This document shows, in pieces, positions 28,048-38,061 of a DNA stretch of 64,000 nt. The notes under the pieces are model-generated. The model was not told the origin of the DNA and made no database searches. It worked only from the letters and a program-made list of their open reading frames with translations. This DNA is from a virus (lineage: Duplodnaviria; Caudoviricetes): the IMG/VR virus record IMGVR_UViG_3300020374_000001, one strand, 5' to 3'. Both the position numbers and the translations under genes were made by a program. Every line of letters begins with the position of its first letter. Within the stretch, counting starts at the first letter, position 1.

Positions 28048-29057
28048 AGTTTCTTATACCAGGTTATAAAGGCGATCAATTAGAAAGAGCGTCATATAGA
28101 TTTAGAGCAACCATACCTCTAAAAGGTATGCGACCTGAAGATGGTATAATCAGTAAAGTAGAAGAAGCAAAACAAGGTGATTTAGTTGTGTTAGCAAAAA
28201 AGTCAACACCTAAAGATGTATATTATTTAAAATCAAATAAGATAAAATGTGTATATGATATATGCGATAATAAATGGAAGAAATATATATCACAAAAATG
28301 GATCAATAGAGTAATAGCACCTCACAATCATATATGTGAAAACGTAGATGGTATAGTTACAACAAGTGCTGCTATGAGAAATTTAATAATGCGACATACT
28401 GGAAGAAACTCTATTATTATTTCCGATCCAGTAGAAGCAACCAAAGTAGAACCTAAAGTTAGATTAAAAAGTAGAAGATATTTTAATATATTTAATTTTG
28501 GCAATAGTAAACACTTTCAAAAAGTACATTGGGATGAATTTGTACAAGGATTGTTTGATACAGAAATAGATAATTTTGTTATACATTGTATGCTTAATAG
28601 ATCAAAGAAATTTAAAGCAATGTATAGTCATTGGATAGAAAAAGGTAAAATGGTTATACACGAATATAATTTTGAAAAACAATATGAATTAATGAAAAAT
28701 TGTGATATAGTATTTTTACCTATCGTTTGTAATAGTATGTTAAACTTAGCAGATATTAGGTCTAAAAGTCCTAACAGAATAATGGATGCAATATATTCAG
28801 GCAAACCTGTAATTACAAATGAGGGAATAGATAGTTGGTTATCTTTTAAACAATATGCTAACTTTATAGGATTTGCTAGAGCGTTTGATTATGGTTCAAA
28901 TGTACAGGCATTTAGGGCGTTGATAAATACACCTAAAGAAGAAATGAATGAGAAAATAAGACAAGGACAAAAATATATAGATGAAAACCACACGCCTGAA
29001 ATTATAGGCAAACAATGGATTGATTTGGAAAACAAAGTGGGTAAAGTAGGATTTTAG
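28038..29057 (+). CDS. GT-B glycosyltransferase
   Basis: ASYRFR, YDICD, DIVFLP..KSPNRIMDAIYSGKPVI. Confidence 0.65.
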   Translation: MPIKFLIPGYKGDQLERASYRFRATIPLKGMRPEDGIISKVEEAKQGDLVVLAKKSTPKDVYYLKSNKIKCVYDICDNKWKKYISQKWINRVIAPHNHICENVDGIVTTSAAMRNLIMRHTGRNSIIISDPVEATKVEPKVRLKSRRYFNIFNFGNSKHFQKVHWDEFVQGLFDTEIDNFVIHCMLNRSKKFKAMYSHWIEKGKMVIHEYNFEKQYELMKNCDIVFLPIVCNSMLNLADIRSKSPNRIMDAIYSGKPVITNEGIDSWLSFKQYANFIGFARAFDYGSNVQAFRALINTPKEEMNEKIRQGQKYIDENHTPEIIGKQWIDLENKVGKVGF

Positions 29058-30089
29058 ATGAAAAGAATATTATTAACAGGTGGTGCAGGATTTATAGCAC
29101 ATCATACAATCAGACATTTACTACAAAATACTGATTGGGAAATAGTTTCATTAGACAGATTAGATTACTCTGGCAATTTAAATAGAATTGCAGATATGAT
29201 GAATGAGTTTGATAAAGAAACACAAAAGAGAGTAAGAATAGTTTACCACGATTTACGAGCAGAGGTAAACGAAATGTTAACAGCAGATTTAGGTAAGTTT
29301 GATTACATAGTACATATGGCTGCCTCATCACACGTAGATAGATCAATTGAAGACCCTATGTGTTTTGTTTTAGATAATGTAGTTGCAACTTGTAACATAT
29401 TAAACTTTGCTAGAAAACAAGAAAATTTAGAAAGATTTATTTACTTCTCAACAGACGAAGTGTTTGGACCAGCACCTAAAGGTGTTAACTATAAAGAACG
29501 TGATAGATATAATTCTACAAATCCTTATAGTGCTACAAAGGCAGGTGGTGAAGAACTTGCAGTAGCATTTCAAAACACATATGATATGCCAATCTATATC
29601 ACTCACACAATGAATGTGTTTGGCGAAAGACAACATCCAGAAAAATTTATACCAATGACAATTAAAAATGTTAGAGAAGGTAATATGGTAACTATTCATA
29701 GTGATAGAGATAAGAAAGTACCAGGCAGTAGGCATTATATACACGCTAAAGATGTTGCAGATGGTTGTTTATTCTTAATACAAAATCAAAATAAAATAGA
29801 TCAATTAGATAAAGATTATGGTGGTGCAAAGTGTCCTAAATTTAATTTAGTAGGACCTGTTGAATGGGATAATTTAGAACTTGCACAAAAGATTGCTAGG
29901 GCACAGAATAAAGAACTTAAATATAAAATGGTTGACTTTCATACTAGTAGACCTGGACACGATTTACGTTATGCGTTAGATGGTGGTTTAATGAAAGAGT
30001 TAGGTTGGGTGCCTAAAGTATCAATTGAAGATAGAATAAACGGAGTAGTACAATGGACATTAAATAATGATAGGTGGTTAAAAGTATGA
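29058..30089 (+). CDS. rfbB: dTDP-glucose 4,6-dehydratase-like extended SDR
   Basis: TGGAGFI, AASSHVDRS, STDEVFG, YSATK, RPGHDLRY. Confidence 0.85.
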   Translation: MKRILLTGGAGFIAHHTIRHLLQNTDWEIVSLDRLDYSGNLNRIADMMNEFDKETQKRVRIVYHDLRAEVNEMLTADLGKFDYIVHMAASSHVDRSIEDPMCFVLDNVVATCNILNFARKQENLERFIYFSTDEVFGPAPKGVNYKERDRYNSTNPYSATKAGGEELAVAFQNTYDMPIYITHTMNVFGERQHPEKFIPMTIKNVREGNMVTIHSDRDKKVPGSRHYIHAKDVADGCLFLIQNQNKIDQLDKDYGGAKCPKFNLVGPVEWDNLELAQKIARAQNKELKYKMVDFHTSRPGHDLRYALDGGLMKELGWVPKVSIEDRINGVVQWTLNNDRWLKV

Positions 30090-30721
30090 AATTTATAAAA
30101 GGTTGGTATCTACCAGATTCAGATACGCATTTTGAACATTATATAAAAGATGGTAGTTATCAAACTATTCATAGAGAAACAATATTAAGATATATTAAGA
30201 TGAAGAAACCTGAATTAAAAAATTGTATTGATATAGGATCACATATAGGTTTCTGGTCAAAAGATTTTACTAATACATTTAAACATACATATGCTTTTGA
30301 TCCTATACCACAAGTAAGAGAATGTTATGTAAAGAATATTACAAACAATAACTATACATTATATCCATATGCTTTAGGTAGAGAAGAAAGTAAAAAGATG
30401 TTTTTATATAGTCCTAGTGAAACAGGTAATACACACGTCAGCGATAGAGGTAATTTAGAAGTAACTATTAAAACACTAGATAGTTTTGCTTTAGAAGATA
30501 TAGATTATATTAAGATAGACGCTGAAGGATATGAAATAGAGGCATTAATAGGTGCTAAAAAACTTATAGAGAAGTGTAAACCTTTTATACACATAGAGGC
30601 AAAGAAGAAAGTAATGGTAAAACAAAATATAACTATGAATGATATTAAAGATTTTTTTGAAAGTATTAACTATGAACAAGTATTATCTGTTAAATCAGAA
30701 TTACTTTACGCACCAAAATGA
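30086..30721 (+). CDS. FkbM-family methyltransferase
   Basis: DIGSHIG, IKIDAEGYE. Confidence 0.85.
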   Translation: MKFIKGWYLPDSDTHFEHYIKDGSYQTIHRETILRYIKMKKPELKNCIDIGSHIGFWSKDFTNTFKHTYAFDPIPQVRECYVKNITNNNYTLYPYALGREESKKMFLYSPSETGNTHVSDRGNLEVTIKTLDSFALEDIDYIKIDAEGYEIEALIGAKKLIEKCKPFIHIEAKKKVMVKQNITMNDIKDFFESINYEQVLSVKSELLYAPK

Positions 30722-31533
30722 TTATAACACATAAAATAAAATGGAATAAATGCCTATCACATAAGATATGGCCAATGATAGAAAAAGGTTGGCCAGATGA
30801 AGGTCGTCCTGTACACTTTTTTTGGGGTCTAGCAGGTAATAATATTGCTGGAATAAGAGATTGTATGGAAAAGAATGAGGAATATTATTTTGTAGATACA
30901 GGTTATATATCTAGTCAGATTACAAGATATCCTGAACCTAAAATACTAGATGAAAAAAGAACTTATTTTAGAATATGTAAAGGTAGTTTTCATACAAATA
31001 AAGGTAAAGTAAATACTCCTGCTAGATTAGAAAAATTAAGACGATTAGGTATAAACGCAGATTTCAAAGGTTGGCGTGCTGATGATAGAGGTAAACATAT
31101 ATTATTATGTCCATCATCACCTACGGTCACCTTTCAAATGAATGGTATAACACAAGACGAATGGGTAGAAGTAGCAAAACGAGAGATTGCAAAACATACA
31201 GATAGAGAGATTAGATTTAGAAATAAACCTAGACCTGGTAATCAATGGTGGGGTACCGATATAAAAGATGATTTAAAAGGTTGCCACGCATTAGTAACTA
31301 ATTATAGTCTATCCGCTTTTGATGCTATATTTAATTATGTACCAGTATTCGCAGAAGCAAATAGTGTAATGGGTCCTGTAACTAGTAGAGATATTAGTAA
31401 GATAGAGAAACCATTAAAACCAGGTGGTAAAACTATTGAAGATTGGTTAAAGTTTGTTGCAGAAAATCAATTTACTTTAGAAGAAATGGCAAATGGTACA
31501 GCATACGAAACATTAAAATATCAAAACGAATAA
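30718..31533 (+). CDS. KpsS/KpsC-like glycosyltransferase-like protein
   Basis: FVDTGY, RFRNKP, LVTNYSLSAFDAI..VP; paralogous to 27157..28047. Confidence 0.5.
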   Translation: MIITHKIKWNKCLSHKIWPMIEKGWPDEGRPVHFFWGLAGNNIAGIRDCMEKNEEYYFVDTGYISSQITRYPEPKILDEKRTYFRICKGSFHTNKGKVNTPARLEKLRRLGINADFKGWRADDRGKHILLCPSSPTVTFQMNGITQDEWVEVAKREIAKHTDREIRFRNKPRPGNQWWGTDIKDDLKGCHALVTNYSLSAFDAIFNYVPVFAEANSVMGPVTSRDISKIEKPLKPGGKTIEDWLKFVAENQFTLEEMANGTAYETLKYQNE

Positions 31534-32252
31534 TGAAGAATGTAGTTTGTTTATATTGGGGTAACAAATACAAAGTAGAATATGTAAAGATACTCTACAA
31601 TATGGTACAAAGACATTTAACTATACCTCATAAGTTTATCATTTATACTGAACACGTAAAAATGCCTAAAATTGTAAAAGGCGATAACGTAGAAGTAAGA
31701 AAATTACCATTTTACGATTACTCTGGTTGGTGGAATAAACTAACATTATTCAGTCCTAAAGCAAACCTAGAAGGTGATTGTTTATACTTTGATTTAGACG
31801 TTGTTATAACAGAAAATATAGATTGTTTCTTTACATACGAAGAAGATAGTAAAGTTGTATTGATGAGAGATTTCAATTTATCAACTGAAGGTTTTAATTC
31901 TAGTATAATGAGATTCAACAATAAAGTAATGACACCTAAAGTATGGGATTTATATCAATCAGAAAAGAAAAGATTTGATAGATTACAAGGTGACCAAAAT
32001 GTTATATCAGAATGTATTAAACAGACACCTGAAGACTATAAGATATATCCAGATGAATGGACATTTAGTGCTAAATGGTATGATAGATATAATCCTAGAT
32101 TTGGTCGCAGTAGATGGACCTTTGAACAATATCCAGGTGCTAAAGTCGCAGTATTTCACGGTAAACCTGATCCACTCCAACTGGTAGACGTACATCCACA
32201 CGAATCATACGATCCTAAAAAGATAGAATGGGTGAAAAACCATTGGAAATAA
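31533..32252 (+). CDS. Glycosyltransferase (GT-A)
   Basis: CLYWGNKY, GWWNKL, FDLDVV, NSS, GDQ, FHGKP. Confidence 0.75.
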   Translation: MKNVVCLYWGNKYKVEYVKILYNMVQRHLTIPHKFIIYTEHVKMPKIVKGDNVEVRKLPFYDYSGWWNKLTLFSPKANLEGDCLYFDLDVVITENIDCFFTYEEDSKVVLMRDFNLSTEGFNSSIMRFNNKVMTPKVWDLYQSEKKRFDRLQGDQNVISECIKQTPEDYKIYPDEWTFSAKWYDRYNPRFGRSRWTFEQYPGAKVAVFHGKPDPLQLVDVHPHESYDPKKIEWVKNHWK

Positions 32253-32257
32253 AGGGT

Positions 32258-32272
32258 GTTCTCGTTTTGTTC
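32258..32272 (+). promoter_or_regulatory. Alphaproteobacterial LexA-box-like site GTTC-N7-GTTC
   Basis: GTTCtcgttttGTTC; second copy at 40373. Confidence 0.55.
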
Positions 32273-32317
32273 TCCTATATACATCAAAAAGTCGCATAAA
32301 ATAAGGGTTTTTAGTGC

Positions 32318-32346
32318 TTGACTTTAGGGTCAATCTCCTATAATAT
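32318..32346 (+). promoter_or_regulatory. sigma70-type early promoter
   Basis: TTGACT-17-TAATAT. Confidence 0.75.
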
Positions 32347-32394
32347 AAGAGTATATGAAAACAATCACTAACACTAACAAAGAGGTAAAACACT

Positions 32395-32583
32395 ATGTCT
32401 AAAGTAAAACAATATTATACAGACGTTGCTGAAAAAGCAGTTGATAAGATAATCTTACAAGTTAAACAAAACTTGATTTCAAAAGAAAGTGCAATTACAG
32501 ATATTATGAAAGTTGATAATCTTAACTTAATAGGTATTGACGAAAACAATGTTGATGAAGTAATTGAAATGGAGTGTGCTTAA
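32395..32583 (+). CDS. Early hypothetical protein
   Basis: GAGG RBS; first gene after the promoter. Confidence 0.6.
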   Translation: MSKVKQYYTDVAEKAVDKIILQVKQNLISKESAITDIMKVDNLNLIGIDENNVDEVIEMECA

Positions 32584-33059
32584 TGAATAATAAATTAGAC
32601 CAAAAGAAATTTGACGATATTTACTTTGAAGGTAAACCTATGTACGATAAAGTTAATGGTGGTACTTTCAATGTGGTCTATTTAAGAGAGTACATTGATC
32701 CTGAATGTGAAAGTGAAACTTTTGCTGCTTATGAAACTATTTACAGAAATGTACCTAATAAGTACCTTGAAAAATTTAATAACGAAAAAATGAAAATGAA
32801 GATGTTAAAACATTGTGATTGGAACTACAAAGATAGTGCTACTAATTTTACTAATGTTTCTAACATAGAAATTAAAACAGAAAAAGAATATTACACTTCT
32901 TACTATGATGTATTTGGTGATATTACTGAAGAAAAAGATAAAAAAAGAATGTGGACTGATTATGGTCAGAATTGGGATAGACAATCTTTGAGAAAAGATT
33001 TTAATCCTGAATTAACTAAATCAAAAGTTTTACATTATAATAATAAAGAGGTAAACTAG
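32583..33059 (+). CDS. Hypothetical protein
   Basis: TAATG coupling. Confidence 0.55.
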   Translation: MNNKLDQKKFDDIYFEGKPMYDKVNGGTFNVVYLREYIDPECESETFAAYETIYRNVPNKYLEKFNNEKMKMKMLKHCDWNYKDSATNFTNVSNIEIKTEKEYYTSYYDVFGDITEEKDKKRMWTDYGQNWDRQSLRKDFNPELTKSKVLHYNNKEVN

Positions 33060-33391
33060 TGAAATATAAAGAAGATCAAATATTAGATGAAATAAAAAAG
33101 TATATTGAATCAACCTATACTGAACATTATAGTACAACCGAAGATGGTTTCCAAGTACAAGATATGTTAAGACATTTAGGTATTGATAAAGATTTCTGCC
33201 AGGCAAATGCAATTAAATATCTTGCTAGATACGGTAAGAAAAACGGTAAGAATAGAAAAGATTTATTAAAGGCAGTCCACTATGTAATATTATTAATGAG
33301 TAGTGAAGATGAAGAATTAATTAAACAACAAACGGATCCATCCCACAACCAATGGGGTGCGAACGGTGAACCACAAGGGAGGACACAATAA
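33059..33391 (+). CDS. DUF3310-like protein
   Basis: HY...FCQANAIKYLARYGKK...DLLKAVHY; GTG start. Confidence 0.75.
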   Translation: MKYKEDQILDEIKKYIESTYTEHYSTTEDGFQVQDMLRHLGIDKDFCQANAIKYLARYGKKNGKNRKDLLKAVHYVILLMSSEDEELIKQQTDPSHNQWGANGEPQGRTQ

Positions 33392-33927
33392 TGGCAAAAG
33401 TAGAAACAGATGTTTATACATTTAAAGATGATGTAGGTAAAAACCTATACAGAAAGAAAACATATTATACACTTGTTATTGAACAAGATGTATTGGCGAA
33501 TAATAAAGATGAGGCAGATCAAAAGTTTTTAGATCACGGTGGTATAAACCATAGTAAGATAGGTAAAGATATAACAGACGCCAACGAAGGTGTTGAAACA
33601 TATATGGTAGACGCTAACTATACAGATTGCGAAACATCAAAGTATATCGGTAAAGTTAAATATGATACTGATACTTACAATCAAACTTTAGAAGAGGCAA
33701 TGGAGGCAGAAGATATACACATTGATACTTGGGCAGATGAAAACGAACCACATCAATTAACTAAAATCAAATTAAAAATGACACCTGAAGAAGAAGATAA
33801 GAATGCTAATGTTGTTAGAGATAAAGACGGCAATGCTATTGCAGTAGAGTCAATGTATGGTACTAAAGAAGAATCAGATGTTGATGTTGCTTTAAACTTA
33901 CAGGCAGATTCAGAAAGAGGCAAGTAA
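33391..33927 (+). CDS. Acidic hypothetical protein
   Basis: GGAGG RBS; coupled ORF. Confidence 0.55.
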   Translation: MAKVETDVYTFKDDVGKNLYRKKTYYTLVIEQDVLANNKDEADQKFLDHGGINHSKIGKDITDANEGVETYMVDANYTDCETSKYIGKVKYDTDTYNQTLEEAMEAEDIHIDTWADENEPHQLTKIKLKMTPEEEDKNANVVRDKDGNAIAVESMYGTKEESDVDVALNLQADSERGK

Positions 33928-34136
33928 TGGCAATATCAGATTATTCCTCACACGATTGGCGTAAGCATACAGACAGCGCTGTTGTAGTAGATAAGAATAA
34001 GGCAATGCTTAAAGTTAATGAGTGTAAAGTATATTTTACGGATCCTAAAGATTTAAAGGATTACGAAGTTGATCTATCCAGATTGATAAGAGTTTTTGTA
34101 AACAATATAACAGATCATAGAAGGAGTGTTAAGTAA
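33927..34136 (+). CDS. Hypothetical protein
   Basis: Coupled ORF. Confidence 0.55.
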   Translation: MAISDYSSHDWRKHTDSAVVVDKNKAMLKVNECKVYFTDPKDLKDYEVDLSRLIRVFVNNITDHRRSVK

Positions 34137-34291
34137 TGGGTTTAGAAATGTTTATTTTATGCCTTTTAATACTAATGGGTGCAACCGCAGTAATATATTC
34201 AGTAGAGGTATATGCTTATGTTTGCCTAGTATTAGGGTCAATAATGAGATCAATTAAGAACTTTATTGATACAACTTTAGGTAGAAAATAA
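34136..34291 (+). CDS. 51-aa membrane protein (not in ORF track)
   Basis: AAGGAG RBS; hydrophobic sequence. Confidence 0.5.
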   Translation: MGLEMFILCLLILMGATAVIYSVEVYAYVCLVLGSIMRSIKNFIDTTLGRK

Positions 34292-34393
34292 TGAGTGATG
34301 TACTACTCGTGGAGGGGTCGAATCGTCAATCCTCGGTCATCCTCGGACGATTAAATACTAGAAAATCGTTGATTTTACTCACTTTTTCTATGC

Positions 34394-34422
34394 TTGACAA
34401 AAGCAACGATTTATGATACTAT
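34394..34422 (+). promoter_or_regulatory. sigma70-type early promoter
   Basis: TTGACA-17-TACTAT with TGn extension. Confidence 0.75.
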
Positions 34423-34462
34423 TAATCAATAAACTAACAATATAAGGGAGAAATATACAAAT

Positions 34463-34780
34463 ATGTCATTTAAATACGATAAAGAGAACTTATTTAAAGA
34501 GTTTGATGTTGCAAAACAGAAAGACATTAAACTATCAAAACTAGAAACATTAGAAGAAAAAGAGAATGATGTTTATAAGAATAGAATACAATTCTTAAAA
34601 GAACATATAGAACTAAAGAAAACAAATCCATCTTACTATTCAGATGTAGATATTAATTTTGACAACTTGTTGAGTACATACTTAACAACTAATCCTAGAG
34701 AAACCTTTTACCAAAAAGTATTCGGTAGATCATATGCTGAAGTAAGAGCAGATTCAGAACCACAATCAGTTAATGACTAA
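34463..34780 (+). CDS. Early hypothetical protein
   Basis: GGGAG RBS. Confidence 0.6.
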   Translation: MSFKYDKENLFKEFDVAKQKDIKLSKLETLEEKENDVYKNRIQFLKEHIELKKTNPSYYSDVDINFDNLLSTYLTTNPRETFYQKVFGRSYAEVRADSEPQSVND

Positions 34781-35048
34781 AAAAATCAAAGAGAAATATA
34801 AAAGTATTATGAGACCATCTTTTCTAAAGACACTTAAAGGATTCAAATTTCCTGACTTGACTTTAGATATAAACGGTCTTAAAAGAAATTCTATACCTAC
34901 GAGTGATAGAATCCCAGGTGCTTGTGTTAAGAGAACTTTACCAAAAGTACAAATGCCTGCTGGTAAAACAATCGGTATTGCTTACAACAAAGGTAATTAT
35001 CAAGTTGTTGACGCTGCCGATATTAAAACAATGGGAAGGAAAGTATGA
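34773..35048 (+). CDS. Basic hypothetical protein
   Basis: IAYNKGNYQV motif recalled from T4-like phages. Confidence 0.55.
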   Translation: MTKKIKEKYKSIMRPSFLKTLKGFKFPDLTLDINGLKRNSIPTSDRIPGACVKRTLPKVQMPAGKTIGIAYNKGNYQVVDAADIKTMGRKV

Positions 35049-35290
35049 AGAAAATACTATTAGTTTTATTCATCGCTGGATGCTTTACGTTTCAAATGTA
35101 TGCCGAGTCATTAGCAGATGAAAAGAAAACAATAACTCCAAAGGAGTTTGCTACAACAATAAGTGAAGTACCTAATAAAGTAGGTAACTTTCTTACAAAT
35201 GAAGTTGAGAAAACAAAAGAGTATCAAAAGAAAAGTTGGGCAGAAATGAAAACAAAATGGCCATTTACAATGTTCAAAGGTAAAGAATAA
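35045..35290 (+). CDS. Small exported protein
   Basis: Signal peptide. Confidence 0.5.
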   Translation: MKKILLVLFIAGCFTFQMYAESLADEKKTITPKEFATTISEVPNKVGNFLTNEVEKTKEYQKKSWAEMKTKWPFTMFKGKE

Positions 35291-35496
35291 TGAACGGTGA
35301 TTTTGTGTGTACAAGTGCCAATGATGGCACACATTATTTCAGACCTATTTCTGCTAGAGCACAAACGCTTTGGCAGGAAAAAGGTTTTAATAATTATGTA
35401 ATTGATAATAACGAAGACTATTATATTGTTAAGAGTGTTAATAGTCAGAAAATTTGTGATGAGATTAGAAAAAATAATATGGATTTTACTAGTTAG
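35290..35496 (+). CDS. Hypothetical protein
   Basis: Coupled ORF. Confidence 0.5.
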   Translation: MNGDFVCTSANDGTHYFRPISARAQTLWQEKGFNNYVIDNNEDYYIVKSVNSQKICDEIRKNNMDFTS

Positions 35497-35941
35497 TTTA
35501 TCGCTAACTAATTGTGCTAATATAAACAGATCCGAAGTAGGTGCTGTTTTAGGAACAACTACAACTACTGCTAGTTGTGTACATATGGGTGTAACTGATC
35601 CTTATGTAGTTGCTGGTTGTGCCGTAGTTGGTGCGTTTGCTGGTGCTGAGATTATGTATAAGAGTGATTATGATGTACACAATGCTGTATTTGTAGATCA
35701 TTTAAACAATGGTCCAGGAACACAAAGTTATACTAATTGGTATAATCAAAAGTCAGGTAACTCTGGCGTAATCAAAATAACTAGATCATACCTAGAAGGT
35801 CCTCTTAAATGTAAAGACTATGACGCTACTATTGATATAGCAAATCAATGGCCGTTGATAGGTATAGGCGGAGTGAATAGAAGAGTCGTGTTTGGTACTG
35901 CTTGTCAGACACCAGACGGAAAGTGGTTTGAAAAACAATGA
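35459..35941 (+). CDS. 17-kDa surface-antigen-like (RT0821/Lpp0805) lipoprotein
   Basis: Lipobox LTN-C; glycine zipper; W.N..SGNSG..C..Y...GTACQTPDGKW. Confidence 0.7.
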   Translation: MRLEKIIWILLVSLSLTNCANINRSEVGAVLGTTTTTASCVHMGVTDPYVVAGCAVVGAFAGAEIMYKSDYDVHNAVFVDHLNNGPGTQSYTNWYNQKSGNSGVIKITRSYLEGPLKCKDYDATIDIANQWPLIGIGGVNRRVVFGTACQTPDGKWFEKQ

Positions 35942-36450
35942 AAGATTTAATTAAACAATATTTTTGGATATTTTTTATTGCTACTATTTTATTATTATGT
36001 GGTATAGCAGTTGCTCAATCGTGTGTAGATTGTGATTTAAATAAAAAAGCATTTGAAAAACAAGCAAAAGTTATATCAGTAGAAGGTGATATAGATACAA
36101 TTAATTATGATAAAGTCACCGAGATATTAGAGAAATTAGAAAAAACAGATAACGGAGTTTATTACGATAAGATTAAAACAATAGAACCTAAAAAAGTTGA
36201 TGGTCAATATTGCTATATAAAAGTTGTCATTAAACAAAAAGGTGATACTATTGTTAAAGAAGAAATTTTGGAGTGTGCCGATGGTAGAAAAAAGTTTGAT
36301 GGTCCTAGTTATTGGGAACTATTTGCTCAATTCTATTACCGTGATGTTAATACTCCAGAATATTGCCGATATTATACTCGGCCAAAACACGCTTTTAGGT
36401 CGTTCGGAAAAGTGTGTATGAACAAGGACGGTGAATGGGAGGTAGAATGA
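35938..36450 (+). CDS. Exported Cys-rich protein
   Basis: Signal peptide; C-terminus C..Y...GKVCMNKDGEW echoes the upstream lipoprotein. Confidence 0.55.
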   Translation: MKDLIKQYFWIFFIATILLLCGIAVAQSCVDCDLNKKAFEKQAKVISVEGDIDTINYDKVTEILEKLEKTDNGVYYDKIKTIEPKKVDGQYCYIKVVIKQKGDTIVKEEILECADGRKKFDGPSYWELFAQFYYRDVNTPEYCRYYTRPKHAFRSFGKVCMNKDGEWEVE

Positions 36451-36590
36451 TTAAAAATTTAATCATAATCGGACTCTTTGCTATCGTATTTACTCAAACG
36501 GACATTGGTATTACTGATGTTTTCAACTATGTTGAATTGGCGCTTGACAAAATACAAGAGATAGTATATACTATGAAAAGGAGTGTGTAA
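36447..36590 (+). CDS. 47-aa membrane protein (not in ORF track)
   Basis: GGAGG RBS; ATGA overlap. Confidence 0.45.
   Translation: MIKNLIIIGLFAIVFTQTDIGITDVFNYVELALDKIQEIVYTMKRSV
36544..36572 (+). promoter_or_regulatory. sigma70-type early promoter
   Basis: TTGACA-17-TATACT. Confidence 0.7.
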
Positions 36591-36596
36591 AATAAG

Positions 36597-37214
36597 ATGA
36601 TGAAGAAGATGAAGATATTATCAGTATTATTAATGTCAGTATTGCTGACCAATTGTGCTGCTAATTATAAGATAAAGAAAGAGTCAGGCAACAAAGTTGT
36701 TGATAGTGTACCAAAGTGGTATATGGCTGACATAAACGAGTCGAAGGCGTGTGATAAGAAAATCTTTGGTAAAGACAAAGATAAAGTTTGTATCTACGGT
36801 GTAGGTACTGCTGTGTCTCCAGACTTGAACCTTGCAATAGAGAAGGCAAAAATGATCGCTAAGGCGGAACTTGCTGACATTATTAAAGGTGAAATGAACA
36901 AACAATCAAAACAATTTATTACTGAACTTGGTAAAACAGAAACCAAGACAATAGTAAGTGAAGTTGAGTCTGTTCTAGTCAATGTAATTAAGGATACTAA
37001 AGTTAGAGGATATGAAATCTTTGAACAAGATGTAACCTTAACAAAGAATAACTATTATCGTGCTTGGATAGGGTTAAGACTTCCAATGGGTGAGTTTAAC
37101 AAAATGTATAACTTCACTATTGAGGAGGCTGTTGACGCCTATAACTTAAAAGAAAAGGCAAATATCGCCTACGAGAACCTAATAGGTAATGAAAATGCAG
37201 ATAACAATTTATAG
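36597..37214 (+). CDS. LPP20-family lipoprotein
   Basis: Lipobox LTN-C; VPKWY...YGVGTA.S.DL..A..KA...AKAELA. Confidence 0.7.
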   Translation: MMKKMKILSVLLMSVLLTNCAANYKIKKESGNKVVDSVPKWYMADINESKACDKKIFGKDKDKVCIYGVGTAVSPDLNLAIEKAKMIAKAELADIIKGEMNKQSKQFITELGKTETKTIVSEVESVLVNVIKDTKVRGYEIFEQDVTLTKNNYYRAWIGLRLPMGEFNKMYNFTIEEAVDAYNLKEKANIAYENLIGNENADNNL

Positions 37215-37461
37215 TAAAAATGATTGTGTATATTGTACCAAGGCCAAGAACTTGGTGAAAAACCTTGGCCTTGAATACAACGAACTGAAGTTAGAGAAAG
37301 ACTTTGATAATGATCCTGGCAAATTGCTAGAACACATTGGTAAAAATGTAAGGCAAATGCCACAGATCAAAATTGATGATGAACTAATTGGTGGTTATAA
37401 TCAACTAGTAGAATATTTTGAAAAACAAGGGAAAGTAAATTTCAAAGGTGAAGTTAAGTAA
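37195..37461 (+). CDS. nrdC: Glutaredoxin
   Basis: CVYC, MPQI, IGGY. Confidence 0.88.
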   Translation: MQITIYSKNDCVYCTKAKNLVKNLGLEYNELKLEKDFDNDPGKLLEHIGKNVRQMPQIKIDDELIGGYNQLVEYFEKQGKVNFKGEVK

Positions 37462-37466
37462 TAATA

Positions 37467-37957
37467 TGGCAGATGATGGCAAAATCATACCGTTTCCTAC
37501 GGATAAGATTGTAAATCCTAGAACTAGAGAACTTGATGAACAACGTAGAAAAATGGGTGAGAAGGTTGCTAAACAAATACAAGAACAACAAACTAAAAAA
37601 TTTGTTGAAACTGCCGTTGATGATATTAGTATGGGATTATTAAAAAACTTTGTTGACTTAGCAATGAAAACAAATAATCCAGACTTTACAAAAGACTTAG
37701 CATTATTAGTAGATGTAATGCGTGGTATGATTTATAGAGATTTCAAACTACCACATCCTGCTCAGAAATTAGCAGACAAGATGGTAGTATTAAAACAAAA
37801 TAAGGCAGGTACCGTATCAGCAAAACTTAATTATGCTGAGGTACTAGATAAACCTGTGAGAAATAATAGACCTATTTCTCCAGATGTTAACAAAGAATTA
37901 AAGGATCTAAATGAAACACAAGGTTTCTTTGAACCTGATGGTAATTTAGATGACTAA
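37467..37957 (+). CDS. Hypothetical protein
   Basis: KIIPFP N-terminal motif; start uncertain (37448 alternative). Confidence 0.5.
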
Positions 37958-38061
37958 AAGAATTGCACAAGCAATCGCCGTGTCTGGTTGTAAAATTGAC
38001 AGAAAGAGAGGGTTAAACAATAATGTTTAATTTTTTTAATAATAATAAAGGAGAAGAAGAT

